Of a stretch of DNA of 64,000 nucleotides, positions 30,108 through 40,376 are shown piece by piece. The notes below the pieces were generated by a model. That model was not told the origin of the DNA. It did no database searches and was given only the letters and a program-made list of their open reading frames with translations. Position numbers and translations under genes: made by a program. Source of the DNA: Minisyncoccota bacterium (GTDB lineage Bacteria > Patescibacteriota > Minisyncoccia > Phycocordibacterales > CAIJYI01); NCBI GenBank assembly GCA_023229825.1, contig JALNYN010000005.1, positions 1,933-65,932 on the forward strand, written 5' to 3'. Each line of letters starts with the position of its first letter. Position 1 is the first letter of the stretch.

Positions 30108-30185
30108 CTTTCAGCTGTTAGGTTTTAGGTGTTAGCTTATCGGCCGGCGGAAAGCTAAAACCTAAAACCTAAAAGCTAAAAACTA
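30108..30185. repeat. palindromic hairpin (26-bp arms) downstream of GT2 gene
   Basis: agctgttaggttttaggtgttagctt ... aagctaaaacctaaaacctaaaagct. Confidence 0.5.
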
Positions 30186-30190
30186 AATTT

Positions 30191-30886
30191 ATGCACACCG
30201 CAGATTGGAAAAAATATTTATATGTATTGCTGATCACCGTCGCGATCTTTCTGACGGCTTTTTTTGTGAGCAATACGCTCAGTAATAAAAAGATCGAAGA
30301 TATCCAAACGGCGCAGAACCGCGTCTCCATCGACATCCTTTCTTCTGAAACGCAGTTCGATCTTTTATCCGAATCTTCATGCGAGACCGTCGGAGATACT
30401 TCTTTGTCAAAAGACCTTGATTCTTTGGGGGCGAAACTTTCCTATGCGGAAGTGAATTTAAATGACACCAATACGGAGGACGTCTTGTGGCTCAAAAAAA
30501 ATTACACGCTGCTTGAGATCAAAGATTATATTCTCATGAGAAGGCTTTCCTCAAGCTGCGAGGAGAAACCCGTGTTTATTCTCTATTTCTATTCCAACGC
30601 TAAAGGAGCTTGTCCGGATTGCCAGAAAGAAGGAGCCGTCCTGACCGAACTCCGAAAAAAATATCCCGGACTTCGCGTGTACTCCTTTGATTATGATCTC
30701 GATCTTGCCGCTTTGAAGACGCTGGTATCGCTTTACGACATTCAGCCCAATTTGCCGGCGCTCGTAATTCATAAACAGGTGGGTTATGGATTCAAGACTA
30801 TCGAGGAAGTGGAAACTATGATGCCGGAACTGGCGACCCTGACCGGAACTACGACCGTGGCAACATCAACTCCGGAGAAGAAATAA
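30191..30886 (+). CDS. membrane-anchored thioredoxin-like protein (CPDC motif)
   Basis: N-terminal TM anchor; GACPDCQKEG CxxC motif. Confidence 0.45.
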   Translation: MHTADWKKYLYVLLITVAIFLTAFFVSNTLSNKKIEDIQTAQNRVSIDILSSETQFDLLSESSCETVGDTSLSKDLDSLGAKLSYAEVNLNDTNTEDVLWLKKNYTLLEIKDYILMRRLSSSCEEKPVFILYFYSNAKGACPDCQKEGAVLTELRKKYPGLRVYSFDYDLDLAALKTLVSLYDIQPNLPALVIHKQVGYGFKTIEEVETMMPELATLTGTTTVATSTPEKK

Positions 30887-31495
30887 AGATACCAATATAC
30901 GAATGAATACGAATATAACGCCGCCAAAAAACATCACCAAAAAATAGACATTTACACAGTAAATTGTTACAGTTAATTTCGGATAAAGGTACCTAGGGAG
31001 GAAATGATGGCTGGAAATAAAAAAGACCATATCGTGAATGCGGTATTGTTTGCGTGCACTATCGGACTCTGTATTATTTTGTATTTTGCTCCGCAAGAAG
31101 ATGAATTTTTGCAATTTATCGCCAAGTCCGGCTTCGGGATCGCGGTCTCACTTTTGCTGATAAACGTTATTACCGATCGCCTTTGATCAGGAAATCAATC
31201 TCCGCCGGTTCGTTCGACGGAGATTTTTTGTGACGGACGATGTCGAAATTGACATTATGGCAACAATTTGTTATTGTCAACTTCGGACAAAGTTGTTGTT
31301 CCAAAAATCGAGGAGAAGAAATGTTAATCCTAAAACGTCTTGCCGGTCTGCTGATTATTATTTCCGTTATTGTTGCAATGGTCGCCACGGTAGATATCGA
31401 TGATAGTTTATATAAAATTTCTCTGGTGGTTAATTTTGGGTTAACTAGTTATATCGGCTGGGCTTTATTATTGGGATGGATAAAATAATATGCAT

Positions 31496-31530
31496 TAACG
31501 CTGTCGGCATAGTCCGACAGCGTTTTTTTT
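31496..31530 (+). terminator. rho-independent terminator
   Basis: aacgctgtcggcatagtccgacagcgtt + tttttttt. Confidence 0.8.
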
Positions 31531-31562
31531 GTATCATTGTACGAAAATGATATACTATACTG

Positions 31563-33212
31563 GTGGAAAATCTTGAGCAAAAACGACGAGTTTTGAAACG
31601 ACTGCGCGAATGGAGAGATGCGGAGGCTAAACGCATGGGCCTTGATTTTTTTCGCGTGCTTTCCAACGATGCGGTAAATGGCATCGCGGAAACTTTGCCG
31701 ACGACGAAAGAAGCGCTTTTGGAAGTGAAAGGGATCGCCGAGAAAAAATGGCAGACGTACGGGAGGGATATTCTTGCCATTGTGGCGGAAGAAACGACGC
31801 AAGGACTTTTTGCGACGGATGCCGTCGCCGGACGGGGGTTGTACCCCCGTTCGAAACGTTTGGATGAAAGCACGGAAGAAACAATAACCAAAACATCCGA
31901 ACAGGGGTACAACCCCAGTCCGGCGGACGGAAATTATGACGAAACTGAAAACGATGGCTCCCGCGATGGCTATCGACAATCCGGCGAAAAGGTCTTTACT
32001 GTTGCCGACTACTTGGAAATTCTTAATACCGGACTCCGGCAGTTTGAAGCGAAAGTCATTGGCGAGATCACCAGTTTGGATATTCGCGACAAATATATTT
32101 TTTTCAGCATCAAAGATAAAAAGGACAACGCGATGATGTCGTGTTTCATGTGGGGCTCGTCGTATAAAATGAGCGGAATTTTACTGGAAGAAGGAATGGA
32201 AGTGGCGGTGCATGGTTTTCCCGAAATGTACAAGCCGAGCGGACGCATGACGTTCCGCGCCGACAGCGTGGAATTGGTAGGCGAAGGCGCGCTTAAAAAA
32301 GCATACGATGAACTGAAAAAGAAACTTGAAAAGGAAGGGCTGTTTTTGGAGAGCAGAAAAAAACCGATCCCCGAATATCCTCAAAATATCGGGCTGATAA
32401 CATCAGAAACCGGCGCGGTCATTCACGACTTTTTGAATAACATCGGAAAATTCGGTTTCAAAATATCATTCCGCGATTCGCGCGTGGAAGGCGCGCTGGC
32501 GGTGAAAGAATTGGTGAGTGCTGTGAAATATTTTAAAAAACAAAAATCTATTGATGTATTAGTTTTGATCCGCGGAGGCGGTTCGCTCGAATCCTTGCAG
32601 GCGTTCAACAATGAAGCGCTGGTGCGCGAAATTGCCGATTGCCCGTTTCCCGTGCTGGTCGGCATCGGACACGACAAAGATGTGCCGCTCGTTTCGCTTG
32701 TTGCAGACAGAGCCGGCTCAACACCGACGGCCGTCGCCAAACTGCTTAATTCGACGTGGGAGCAAGCGCTGGCGAAGGTACGGCTTCACGAACAAAAAAT
32801 TTTGAATCGTTTTTCAGAAGCATTATATGAGAAAAAAGATAATTTGCGCGATCGTTCGGAACACATCGAAAAAAAATTCCGCATGATCTTTGAGAGATTT
32901 CGAAACGCGGAAGAAAAAATAAAAAGAAATTTCGTCGCTATCGGAAGCGCCATGGCGCGTGCAAAAGAACGGCTCGATCACTCGCAGAAAACATTAAAAG
33001 AAAAATTAACTGATGACATTCGGCGCTCTAAAGAAAAGATCATATACATCGAAAAAATGCTTGTCGCGAATAACCCCATGCGCCAGCTGAAACTCGGATA
33101 TTCGCTCGCTCTTTCAAAAGGCAAGGTGGTAAGAAAGATAGAAGATGTTGCGAGCGGCGATGAAGTTGATATCAGGGTAGAAAATGGGACGATTAAAACA
33201 AAAGTGGAATAA
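31563..33212 (+). CDS. xseA: exodeoxyribonuclease VII large subunit with N-terminal HRDC-like domain and repeat-derived linker
   Basis: FTVADYLEILNTGL... OB-fold N-terminus and catalytic core (IRGGGS, GIGHDKD); residues 1-70 HRDC-like; residues ~75-140 encoded by family-A repeat; GTG start. Confidence 0.8.
   Translation: MENLEQKRRVLKRLREWRDAEAKRMGLDFFRVLSNDAVNGIAETLPTTKEALLEVKGIAEKKWQTYGRDILAIVAEETTQGLFATDAVAGRGLYPRSKRLDESTEETITKTSEQGYNPSPADGNYDETENDGSRDGYRQSGEKVFTVADYLEILNTGLRQFEAKVIGEITSLDIRDKYIFFSIKDKKDNAMMSCFMWGSSYKMSGILLEEGMEVAVHGFPEMYKPSGRMTFRADSVELVGEGALKKAYDELKKKLEKEGLFLESRKKPIPEYPQNIGLITSETGAVIHDFLNNIGKFGFKISFRDSRVEGALAVKELVSAVKYFKKQKSIDVLVLIRGGGSLESLQAFNNEALVREIADCPFPVLVGIGHDKDVPLVSLVADRAGSTPTAVAKLLNSTWEQALAKVRLHEQKILNRFSEALYEKKDNLRDRSEHIEKKFRMIFERFRNAEEKIKRNFVAIGSAMARAKERLDHSQKTLKEKLTDDIRRSKEKIIYIEKMLVANNPMRQLKLGYSLALSKGKVVRKIEDVASGDEVDIRVENGTIKTKVE
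31824..31932. repeat. family-A palindromic repeat, copy 3 (inside xseA reading frame)
   Basis: cgccggacgggggttgtacccccgttcgaaacgtttgg ... ccgaacaggggtacaaccccagtccggcggacgg. Confidence 0.55.
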
Positions 33213-33224
33213 AACAATCCTTCG

Positions 33225-33330
33225 TCGTCATTCCGGCCCACGAGCCGGAATCCACGTCCGTCGAAAACGTGGATCCCGGGTCCATCCTTCGCAAAGGCTT
33301 CGGCATGGCGCAGCGTTGCCCGGGATGACG
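33225..33330. repeat. family-B REPIN-like element, copy 3 (long subtype with 35-bp insertion)
   Basis: cgtcattccggcccacgagccggaatccacgtc ... ggatcccgggtccatccttcgcaaaggcttcggcatggcgcagcgttgcccgggatgac. Confidence 0.55.
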
Positions 33331-33358
33331 GACAGGGTGTTAGCTAAATAGTAAATAT

Positions 33359-33574
33359 ATGGAAAAGAAAACAAATGGAGTAAATTTGAACGAAACTTTG
33401 AAAAAATTGGAAGCCATTTCTTCTTGGTTTGATTCTCAGCGCGAGGTCGATGTGGAGGAAGGACTGAAGAAAGTAAAAGAGGGTGCCGAACTGATCAAAG
33501 CGAGCAAGGCGCGTCTTGCAGAGATCGAGAATGAGTTTGAAGAAGTGAAGAAGGGGATGGCGGACGATGATTAA
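33359..33574 (+). CDS. xseB: exodeoxyribonuclease VII small subunit
   Basis: 71-aa helical protein LEAISSWFDSQ...EEGLKK...GAELIKASKARLAEIE pattern; adjacent to xseA. Confidence 0.75.
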   Translation: MEKKTNGVNLNETLKKLEAISSWFDSQREVDVEEGLKKVKEGAELIKASKARLAEIENEFEEVKKGMADDD

Positions 33575-33726
33575 AGATTACTGATTAAAGATTTCAGAAA
33601 TATCTCCTGACGTTCTGCCATAAGTAGAAAAACCCGAGGGTGGGAGTTTATCCACGCCTTTGTTTCGTGTGGCGTAGAATTTTTTGATATACTTCAAGCA
33701 TATTCATTAATTTTTAATCGTTTTTT

Positions 33727-36700
33727 ATGTATCAAAAATTCCAAGCTAAGCCTATTCACCACAAGGTCTTTTTTCTCGTGATTGCGGCTACCGTTCTTTT
33801 AAGCTCTGTTTTTGCCGGAATTTTGTATGCACAAAAAACGCTCGCCTCCTTAAATCCCGCTCCGTCGAATTTTATTCCAAACGATCCCTTCCAAATAAAA
33901 GGAGAAACCTCCGGCATCGACAAACATTTTGCCATCACCGATAGTGAATACCTGAACATCACCCTTGATAGTACCGAAAACATCGACCTCAAACTCGTTT
34001 CGCGTCCGAAAGTGATTACCATGATGTTCGAGGCGACCACAACAGCCCAAACAACTCAAATCACTATCTCCAATTTGGCAAAAGACACCACGTACTACAA
34101 ATACGAAGACGATTATCACAATCTCACACAATTCACTACCGACTCGAACGGAAGCTACACCTTCTCCCAAGATATTTCCACCCGCCACTTTGTATTCATC
34201 CAAACCAGAAAAAGCACCAAATTCATCGCTGACAACGCCACAGGAGGAGATTGTACCACGATCGGAACATGGGAAAGCACAACCAAAACCTGTACCCTAA
34301 CGCAAGACCTGACGGAAACCATACAGATCGACAGCGACGGCATCACACTCGACGGGAACGGACATAGCATATTGATCACTCCTGAGTATTCATCTGGCGG
34401 GGTGTATCTCTATGACAAAACGGGGGTTACCGTAAAGAACGTTACCATAAACGGATCACATAGCGGGGTTAGTATTAGCGGGGGAAGCAACAACCGCGTC
34501 GAAAATAGTACTTTTGTGGGTAACACCGGCGGTATTGGTATCAGATACGGCAACAACAATATCATTTCGAACAATACCCTCATTGGCACCGGTATTACTG
34601 TTACTTTTAGCAAAGACAATATTATTGAGTACAATACCGCTAATGATAATGATTATAACGGAATTTCTACTACGCTTTCTTCCGGAACCATTATCAGAAA
34701 CAATACTCTAAATAACAATAGGGTCAGCGGAATATATATTTATGATTCGCAGTTCAATGATCAGATCATTGATAATACTGCCCAAGAAAATGGATACCAA
34801 GATATCGTGCCATTCGGAGCAGAATCACACATACTTAAGTGCTATGATACGATAAGAGGAAATATCGGTTCGGGAGGCTATCCGATCGGATATTTCAGCA
34901 CTTCAACCACTTTAACTTCCGGCACATTCTCAGAACTCATCCTCTGCAACGCTGATCACTCCACTATACGCAACGTAAGAGTGCAAGGCTCTGCAGATAA
35001 GAAAAACGGTATTTTTTTGATAGCTCTCACGAATGATTCAAAATTCGAAAACATCAGCGTTACCAACTCGAACGGATTGCATATTTTGTTTTCCGACCGG
35101 AACGAGGTCGCCGGAGGAATGATGGATTCGAATCGGTACGGTATTACTCTGACGAATGCACATGATAACAGGATCCATGAAAACACGATCTCAAACAGCG
35201 AGACGAGCGCTCTTCGCTTTTTTGTGAAACAATCTTCCGACAATACCATTTACAACAATAATTTTATTAACAACATTTCTCTTTCTTTGGGGGATGGAAC
35301 TTCCAATATTTTTGATCTCCCAAAACCAATTGGGGGAAATTACTGGGACAGTTATCATACTACTGCACAAGGTTGCAACGATACAGATAACGATGGTTTC
35401 TGTGATGCGCCGTATGTTTTTGGAAATGGCGTGCAGGATAACATTCCGTGGACAACACAGGACGGATGGAAAAATGTTTCCGAAAAAACTTTGCAATACG
35501 GTTCCGTTTGGGAGGACGATCTCATTCAAGACCGAAGGGGAGGAGCGAACAAAACCAATTTCTTATTCAAAGTCGTGTATACCGACACGACCGCTTCAAC
35601 GCCGCACATCAGGCTTGTATTCTCCGGTCCGCAGGGAGAGATCAAACTCGGCATGGCTCCGGATACTTCCACCACAACCCCTCTCGAATATCACGACGGC
35701 AATCTCGCCAACGGCGAAGCATTTTCCCGAACCTTAACCTTCCCGAAAGGAACGTATCATTACCATTTCGAAACGGAAGACGGAACGGTAAAGCTGGAAA
35801 ACTCGGAGTATATATTTATGACCGGGTACAGCAATGTGGCGTTTATTCCCGGGTTGGAAGCTTCACGGCTCTTCAGACCCATTGTGGGAGGAGGCGCGCA
35901 GTTATGGCTTCCTGGCGCCAGTGCGCACGCAACAAAACTTTACCTCTCAAGCACAACAGGTGAAAGTTTGGATCCGTCTATTTATGTTTCAGGTGTGGTA
36001 AAAACGGCATATGGGGTAAGTATATATCAGAGTTTTCTTGATAAAATAGAGGAAATGAAAACCTCCGGCGACATAGAGCGCTTTGAAACTTTCCCTTATG
36101 ATTGGCGCAAGTATCAGCCGAACGCCGCCACTCAATTAGTGTCAACGGGACCGAACGGAGAATTTTACTCAATGATCGATCGGATCAAAGAAATGGCCGA
36201 TTCTTCACCAACGGGGAAGGTTGCTATAATCACTCATTCAAACGGCGGGCTTGTGGCAAAAGAATTGGCGGATGCGTTAAAACAACAAGGCAAAGCCAAT
36301 GATATTGAAAAGATTATCATGGTTGCCGCTCCGGAACTTGGAACTCCAAAAGCCATACTCGAAATGCTCCATGGAGCTGAACCATTCCTATTAGGCATAC
36401 CAAACAAAGAGACGACCCGCGAACTCGCCGAAAACATGAAAAGCGCATACTCGCTCTTACCGTCCCGTGAATATTTCAACCGACTTGGTACGCCTCTCCG
36501 CCCGCTTGTTGAATTCAGTACGACAACACAGGCAACTTTATCTTTCAGAAACATTTATGGAAATGATATATCGGATTACGATAATTTGCGCAAATTCTTG
36601 CGCGGTGAAAATGGAATAAGAAAAGAACCAGATCCGAGCGTAGTGAATGAGCCGAACGTACTTAAAGAGAATTTTCTTTCAGATGCGGAAGAACTTCACT

Positions 36701-37920
36701 TGAGACAGGATAATTGGACACCGCCGATCGGGGTGGAGGTCGTTCAAATAATCGGCTGGGGATTGGATACTCCGCATGGCGTGCTGTACACAAAAGCGCG
36801 CAAGCAAAAGACGGTATGCAATGCCGATCTTTCAGTTTGTACTAAAACAGACGTCATTGATCCGCAGCCGCTTAAGACTACTATAGAGGGTGATGGTACG
36901 GTGCAGTATGTTTCTGCTGAGGCGATGGGAGGGGAGAAATACTGGGTGGATATGACCCAACATAATGCATGGTGGCAGTATAATATAAACCGCGACCACA
37001 AAAATATTCTTGAAATCGGTTCACTTCAAACACTACTCGCTACTCTAATAAAGAACCAATCAACAAGTACTTTTCCTGAATATATAACAAATGTAAAACC
37101 GATTCCGCCAACAGTCGACAAACGCCTCCGCATCAGTGCACACTCTCCCGTTTCGCTCCATCTCTACGATTCATTCGGAAAACATACGGGAATTATCCCG
37201 AACCCTGATCTGCAATCTGATTTTGATTTTGTCGAGGAACAAATTCTCAACAGCTACTATTGGCGAATTGGAGAAGGACAGTATACCGGAGTAGGAGCTG
37301 AAGCGACCACGACTATCGTATTGAAAGGAAAAGAAACTGGAACATTCACTCTTGAAATTCAAGAAGTTGTCGGCGGAGAAAACGCTGAAAAAACATTTTT
37401 CCAAAATATCCCCACCACGGCAAGTACCACCGCGACCGTGCAGGTTGGAGAAAATGTGATATCACTGCTCGCTGTTGACCTCGATGGCAACGGAACGATA
37501 GATGCTGAATTTTCGGCAAATGACAATGGAATGATAAGCGATCCCCTCGCATATCTTTCACTTATGAAGAAAACCGTTTCTTCTTTCTCCCTCAAAAAAC
37601 AAACCGAAAAACAGATTTTAACAGACCTTTCTCTGATCGAAAAAACTCTGGAGAACTTTATCAAACTGGACGACAAAACGAAGAAAATTTATGAAAAGCT
37701 CGATTCTAAAATTCGAAACGAAAAATTGAGAGAAAAGTGGAAAGAGTGGAGGGACAAGCATCTTATTCAAAGGAATACGCTTGAAGATAAAATATTGTTC
37801 AATCTGGTAGAGAATGCGGAGAAAAATGTTATTCGACTGAGAAAACAGAAAGAAATATCCATAGACCAAGCGGATATATTATTTACTATGCTTGAGGAGT
37901 TAAAAAGTTTAATTAAATGA
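33727..37920 (+). CDS. giant secreted/anchored protein: right-handed beta-helix (NosD/pectate-lyase-like) + alpha/beta-hydrolase (lipase/PGAP1-like) + Ca-binding-like DxDGNGxID module + coiled-coil tail
   Basis: Signal/anchor VFFLVIAATVLLSS; long series of NxTxxGN beta-helix repeats, GGNYWDSYHT...CNDTDNDGFCD; IITHSNGGLVA nucleophile-elbow-like motif; VDLDGNGTIDAEF; Lys/Glu-rich C-terminus. Confidence 0.7.
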   Translation: MYQKFQAKPIHHKVFFLVIAATVLLSSVFAGILYAQKTLASLNPAPSNFIPNDPFQIKGETSGIDKHFAITDSEYLNITLDSTENIDLKLVSRPKVITMMFEATTTAQTTQITISNLAKDTTYYKYEDDYHNLTQFTTDSNGSYTFSQDISTRHFVFIQTRKSTKFIADNATGGDCTTIGTWESTTKTCTLTQDLTETIQIDSDGITLDGNGHSILITPEYSSGGVYLYDKTGVTVKNVTINGSHSGVSISGGSNNRVENSTFVGNTGGIGIRYGNNNIISNNTLIGTGITVTFSKDNIIEYNTANDNDYNGISTTLSSGTIIRNNTLNNNRVSGIYIYDSQFNDQIIDNTAQENGYQDIVPFGAESHILKCYDTIRGNIGSGGYPIGYFSTSTTLTSGTFSELILCNADHSTIRNVRVQGSADKKNGIFLIALTNDSKFENISVTNSNGLHILFSDRNEVAGGMMDSNRYGITLTNAHDNRIHENTISNSETSALRFFVKQSSDNTIYNNNFINNISLSLGDGTSNIFDLPKPIGGNYWDSYHTTAQGCNDTDNDGFCDAPYVFGNGVQDNIPWTTQDGWKNVSEKTLQYGSVWEDDLIQDRRGGANKTNFLFKVVYTDTTASTPHIRLVFSGPQGEIKLGMAPDTSTTTPLEYHDGNLANGEAFSRTLTFPKGTYHYHFETEDGTVKLENSEYIFMTGYSNVAFIPGLEASRLFRPIVGGGAQLWLPGASAHATKLYLSSTTGESLDPSIYVSGVVKTAYGVSIYQSFLDKIEEMKTSGDIERFETFPYDWRKYQPNAATQLVSTGPNGEFYSMIDRIKEMADSSPTGKVAIITHSNGGLVAKELADALKQQGKANDIEKIIMVAAPELGTPKAILEMLHGAEPFLLGIPNKETTRELAENMKSAYSLLPSREYFNRLGTPLRPLVEFSTTTQATLSFRNIYGNDISDYDNLRKFLRGENGIRKEPDPSVVNEPNVLKENFLSDAEELHLRQDNWTPPIGVEVVQIIGWGLDTPHGVLYTKARKQKTVCNADLSVCTKTDVIDPQPLKTTIEGDGTVQYVSAEAMGGEKYWVDMTQHNAWWQYNINRDHKNILEIGSLQTLLATLIKNQSTSTFPEYITNVKPIPPTVDKRLRISAHSPVSLHLYDSFGKHTGIIPNPDLQSDFDFVEEQILNSYYWRIGEGQYTGVGAEATTTIVLKGKETGTFTLEIQEVVGGENAEKTFFQNIPTTASTTATVQVGENVISLLAVDLDGNGTIDAEFSANDNGMISDPLAYLSLMKKTVSSFSLKKQTEKQILTDLSLIEKTLENFIKLDDKTKKIYEKLDSKIRNEKLREKWKEWRDKHLIQRNTLEDKILFNLVENAEKNVIRLRKQKEISIDQADILFTMLEELKSLIK

Positions 37921-38384
37921 ACATGAAACAAAATAATAAACTATATAAATACATTACTTTCGTCATATCTTTATTTTTCGTAGTCATTTTATGTGGGTTG
38001 CTGTTTTATTCTTATACCAAGTCCTCCTGTTCTTATTATTTGAAGGGGACATATCAAATAGATTCAAATTGTTATGATATTCGTGAGTATTATAATCACT
38101 TTAACCAAATTGTAGTTGCATTATTAATGAGTTTTTCTTCCCTATTTCTGATTTCAATTTTCCTCCTCTTCGTCCGCCGCGAAGCATTCATCGCATGGTC
38201 AAAATTCGCAGCCGTGGCGTTTCCCATCATGCTGGGCACCCTGTTGTATACTTTCACTCACGAAAGCGACGGTGCGGCATGGATGAGCGGTCCGTCCAAT
38301 GCTCAAATAGCGATGACGATTTTACCGTTTCTGTTTACTGTCATTTCGTTAGCGATTATAGCCGTCAAACAAACGGAAAAATAA
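37917..38384 (+). CDS. small 4-TM membrane protein, paralog 1 of a triplicated family
   Basis: Shares WxKFAxxxxPI...AIIAVK C-terminal pattern with 39741..40166 and 40377..40820. Confidence 0.5.
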   Translation: MNMKQNNKLYKYITFVISLFFVVILCGLLFYSYTKSSCSYYLKGTYQIDSNCYDIREYYNHFNQIVVALLMSFSSLFLISIFLLFVRREAFIAWSKFAAVAFPIMLGTLLYTFTHESDGAAWMSGPSNAQIAMTILPFLFTVISLAIIAVKQTEK

Positions 38385-38392
38385 AGAAATTA

Positions 38393-38546
38393 CTTAACCA
38401 ATGCAACCGACGTCAACATTACAAAAAATATCCCACCGAAAATTTCAGACAAACGGCACCCGGTTTTTTCCGCGCGACACTTTCATATGCAAAAAGAAAC
38501 GTTACAACACGCGTTTATCAAAACAATGGTGCCTGTCCCCATTTTC
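38393..38546. repeat. ~160-bp direct repeat unit H, copy 1 (ends in family-C REP-like hairpin)
   Basis: ttaaccaatgcaaccgac...ttccgcgcgacactttcatatgcaaaaagaaacgttacaacacgcgtttatcaaaacaatggtgcctgtccccatttt; near-identical at 40160-40333, degenerate at 40814-40979. Confidence 0.6.
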
Positions 38547-39674
38547 CACAACTGGATCCCGCCGAAAAGCGTGCGCGTGGTGCAGATCGCCGGATGGGGA
38601 ATACCTGATACCATTCGCGGACTCGAATACAAAGGGAATTTTCACGAACGATGTACCAGCGCGGGGATGAACAGTTTTTGTCACGACGAAGGAACGTTTG
38701 ATTATGCTCCTCTCTTTACGTTCGACGGCGATGGAACAGTGGTTTTTCCGAGTCAGATCGGAATGGCAACGGCGACGGAGATGTATTTTGTGGATTTAAA
38801 TGGGTATAATAATTCGCTCGGTAACTCAACAATAAATTTTCGAAAGGATAGAACGCATGCTTCGGTACTAGAAGTGGGTGATCTGAGAGATTTATTGAAA
38901 AGCATAATTTCAGAAGAAATAAATCCAGCGAATGGTTTGAATTACATTAAAACCAGCATTACTCAGTTAAACACGGGAAGCCTTAAAAAACTCATCCGCC
39001 TTTCCCTTCGTTCCCCCGTAAAAATCGACGTCTTTGACCAGCAAGGAAGCCATATCGGAATTTCCTCAAGCTCAACGCCAAGTTATACACTCTACGATAC
39101 TCAAATGCCGAACTCATATTATTTAGAAATGGGAGAGGGAAAGTATCTCGGTTTTTCGCTTGATTCGACGAAGACGATAAAACTTCAAGGTATAGGAACG
39201 GGAACTTTCACTTTATCATTCGATCAATATCAAGGAGATACCAAGGAAGCGTCTCAAACTTTTACTGATATTCCGGTAAGTACAACGACCAAAGCGACGC
39301 TTTTGATGAGTACTATAAATGATGCTAAGGAACTTTCTCTTGATAATGATGGAAATGGAACAATTGACACGATTGTCTTCACTGACGAAAACAAAGAGAC
39401 GATAACCTTTCAAACTCTGAAAAATGAAATTCTAAAACTTGATTCAAAAGTACGACCTTCTTTGGTCAATCAAGTTTCAACTGCGGAGAAACAATTTGCC
39501 AAAAAGAATTATACCACAACAAAAGCGCTGTTTATTGTTCTTAAAAAAGAAATCAACCTCCTTTCGCAAAAAAAGATAGGGAATAAATGGCAGATTGAGA
39601 AAATTCAGGCATTAAAAATCTTGGCAGTAATTGACGTACTTATCGCTCAAATGGATGAGTTTGTTCATCGCTGA
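38487..39674 (+). CDS. paralog of the C-terminal ~400 aa of the giant protein (lacks signal peptide, beta-helix and hydrolase parts)
   Basis: HNWIPPKSVRVVQIAGWG / LSLRSPVKIDVFDQQGSH / GTGTFTLSFDQ / LDNDGNGTIDTIVF align with residues ~1000-1397 of 33727..37920. Confidence 0.5.
   Translation: MQKETLQHAFIKTMVPVPIFHNWIPPKSVRVVQIAGWGIPDTIRGLEYKGNFHERCTSAGMNSFCHDEGTFDYAPLFTFDGDGTVVFPSQIGMATATEMYFVDLNGYNNSLGNSTINFRKDRTHASVLEVGDLRDLLKSIISEEINPANGLNYIKTSITQLNTGSLKKLIRLSLRSPVKIDVFDQQGSHIGISSSSTPSYTLYDTQMPNSYYLEMGEGKYLGFSLDSTKTIKLQGIGTGTFTLSFDQYQGDTKEASQTFTDIPVSTTTKATLLMSTINDAKELSLDNDGNGTIDTIVFTDENKETITFQTLKNEILKLDSKVRPSLVNQVSTAEKQFAKKNYTTTKALFIVLKKEINLLSQKKIGNKWQIEKIQALKILAVIDVLIAQMDEFVHR
38525..38545 (+). 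repeat. family-C REP-like hairpin (aatggtgcctgtccccatt)
   Basis: AATGG...CCATT stem with tgcctg loop; coincides with codons MVPVPIF of downstream ORF and with the start of homology to the giant protein. Confidence 0.5.
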
Positions 39675-39740
39675 GAAAATGAGCCAAAGAGATGGAAAAA
39701 ATAAAGGAGAAGATGAAAAAATCAATAACTAACTATTTTT

Positions 39741-40166
39741 ATGCAATACAAAAAACAAGTTTTAGGATTATTTATAACAACTACGACAATTTTTGCGCTC
39801 ATAGTTGCTTTAGGTGAATTATTTGACTCCCAATGCAACTCGGCAGTCGGTTTTTTTGATGATCTATGTCATAATTCGAGCAATATCCAATTATTCACAC
39901 AACCTATTGCGTTGCTCTCTCTCTCTCTTATTATTATCCTTCCCCCCCTCTACTTCTTCCGCGGAGAAATCTATCTCGCATGGCGCAAATTCACTCTCTG
40001 GTATCTTCCAATTGTTGCCATTCTCCTCATTATTGCTCGCCCCTCTGGCGGCGGTATGAGCTTTGGTTTTGACCGCGAATCTCTCTCTTTTCATTTTTCC
40101 GCATATTTCGTTATCGTTTCGCTGGTTATCATTGCAGTAAAATCATGGAAATTAAGAGGGAAGTAA
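39741..40166 (+). CDS. small 4-TM membrane protein, paralog 2
   Basis: WRKFTLWYLPIVAILLIIARP...VIIAVKSWKLRGK. Confidence 0.5.
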   Translation: MQYKKQVLGLFITTTTIFALIVALGELFDSQCNSAVGFFDDLCHNSSNIQLFTQPIALLSLSLIIILPPLYFFRGEIYLAWRKFTLWYLPIVAILLIIARPSGGGMSFGFDRESLSFHFSAYFVIVSLVIIAVKSWKLRGK

Positions 40167-40333
40167 AACGTGAGAAAATTTTAACCAATGCAACCGACAG
40201 TAACATTACAAAAAACATCCAACAGAAAATTTCAGACAAACGGCGTCCGATTTTTTCCGCGCGACACTTTTATATGCAAAAAGAAACGTTACAACACGCG
40301 TTTATCAAAACAATGGTGCCTGTCCCCATTTTC
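40160..40333. repeat. direct repeat unit H, copy 2
   Basis: Starts within the last codons of paralog 2 and runs through a second copy of the MQKETLQHAFIKTMVPVPIF start and REP-C hairpin. Confidence 0.6.
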
Positions 40334-40372
40334 GCTTTGTTTGAAAGATTAAAAGAGATAATTATGAAATAA
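40274..40372 (+). pseudogene. truncated remnant of a 38487-type gene (first 20 codons identical, then stop)
   Basis: MQKETLQHAFIKTMVPVPIF identical to N-terminus of 38487..39674, followed by 12 unrelated codons and a stop. Confidence 0.45.
40312..40330 (+). repeat. family-C REP-like hairpin
   Basis: aatggtgcctgtccccatt. Confidence 0.5.
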
Positions 40373-40376
40373 ACTT

